Assembly: GCA_030704615.1 (NCBI GenBank)
Contig: CM060734.1
Coordinates: forward strand, 32,922,001-32,986,000
Direction: 5' to 3'
DNA length: 64,000 nt
From: Takakia lepidozioides
Taxonomy: Eukaryota > Plantae > Bryophyta
In this document: positions 63,010 through 64,000 of the stretch, piece by piece
Layout of the letters: each line of letters starts with the position of its first letter
How positions within the stretch are numbered: the first letter of the stretch is position 1
Made by a program: the position numbers and the translations under genes
Notes under the pieces: model-generated
The model's database searches: none
The model's input: only the letters and a program-made list of their open reading frames with translations
What the model was told of the DNA's origin: nothing

Positions 63010-63220
63010 GCGAAGGGATGAAGCCCAACCACATCACGTTTGTTTGTGTTTGCAATGCTCCTGCAAGTCTGGGAGCCCTGGAAAAGGGGAAAGAGGTCCA
63101 TGGTGACATCGTCAAAGCTGGAATTGTGCCAGATGTCATTTTGAGCACTGCCCTAGTAGACATGTATGCCAAATGTGGGTGCATTAAGGATGCAAAGGGA
63201 GTTTTGAACATTATGCTGCA
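63010..63220 (+). pseudogene. PLS-class PPR gene fragment
   Basis: GMKPNHITFVCVCNAPASLGALEKGKEVHGDIVKAGIVPDVILSTALVDMYAKCGCIKDAKGV matches L/S PPR motifs; no intact flanking frame. Confidence 0.85.
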
Positions 63221-64000
63221 AGAATCACCTCCGGTCACAACCATGCAACAACCTGAATTGTTGAGTGTACTTACAACACTGGGTTGGCTACCAAAAGTTT
63301 AAACACCAATCAAGTGACTGATTGGCTGAGAAAGTAACAGACTGACATTCTGTTGCATGCAGGTTGTTATAAAGTAGCACGGCATGCCTACGGGTTGCTC
63401 AGAGAGAGAGTGGAGCCAGAGCTCCAAAATCTGTCCAGTGAACTTCCTGATGTGCAGGTAATACCCCCACCAGCACCACAAGTTCCAGAAGAGGAACATC
63501 AGGACACAGCAGCATCTGGGAGAAATGAGGAAATTGAGAAGGATGATCTGGTGGAGCAGTGGCCTGAGTGGTTTGTGAGGCATCATCCTATGGATGAGAG
63601 GGGTGAACAGTAGCATGTTAACCATGATGGGCCTCGGCAGGTTATGCTGATGAACTCCATAAGCCGAACCCTCAATTTGTTGGGAACTTACATGAAGTCA
63701 CATGTTCCAGTGACTCAGTTGGAAGTTCTGAAGGAGGAACTCAGAAAAGAGTTCGAAAATCGGTTGGCAACCGAGTGTGTTAACAAAGTTGAGATGGAAG
63801 TGCATCTGCAGTTGCAACAGGAGTTGAGGGAAACAAAGAATGCTCTGCAATTTGCTAAGCAGCAACTGATTGAGGGGGGTCTGGAGCAAGACCATCTGCA
63901 GGAGATACACAAGCAGCAATTATTCCAATTGCAGAACAAGCATGAGGATGAGATGCAAGGACTAAAGGAACAACAGGAGTTGGAGGTAGTACATCAAAGG

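Overview
Eukaryotic nuclear DNA from a land plant, probably seed-free or moss-like (inferred from gene content and transposon types). Four host genes are supported. (1) A pseudouridine-5'-phosphate glycosidase (PUMY/psuG, +, 11 visible exons, 5' end outside the window) whose last intron looks U12-type. (2) A GPI-anchored stellacyanin-type phytocyanin (-). (3) An MEA1-like acidic protein (-). (4) A divergently transcribed PHIP1-like 2xRRM + CCHC protein (+). The rest is nested, mostly decayed transposon DNA. The clearest large structure is a 16.5-kb Mutator/Foldback element (11639-28158) with an exact 9-bp TSD, kilobase inverted arms built from a telomere-like TGTAACCC motif, convergent internal genes and a patchwork of hAT/LINE/gypsy/CACTA debris. 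Also present: a Sola-like transposase, a tRNA-derived SINE, a hAT element, a MULE-SWIM transposase and CACTA relics. The most unusual region is about 49.7-59.6 kb, where a ParB-like ORF, an amino-methyltransferase-like exon and a MULE transposase lie among two different arrays of long palindromes. All protein assignments come from motif recognition by eye; no database searches were run.
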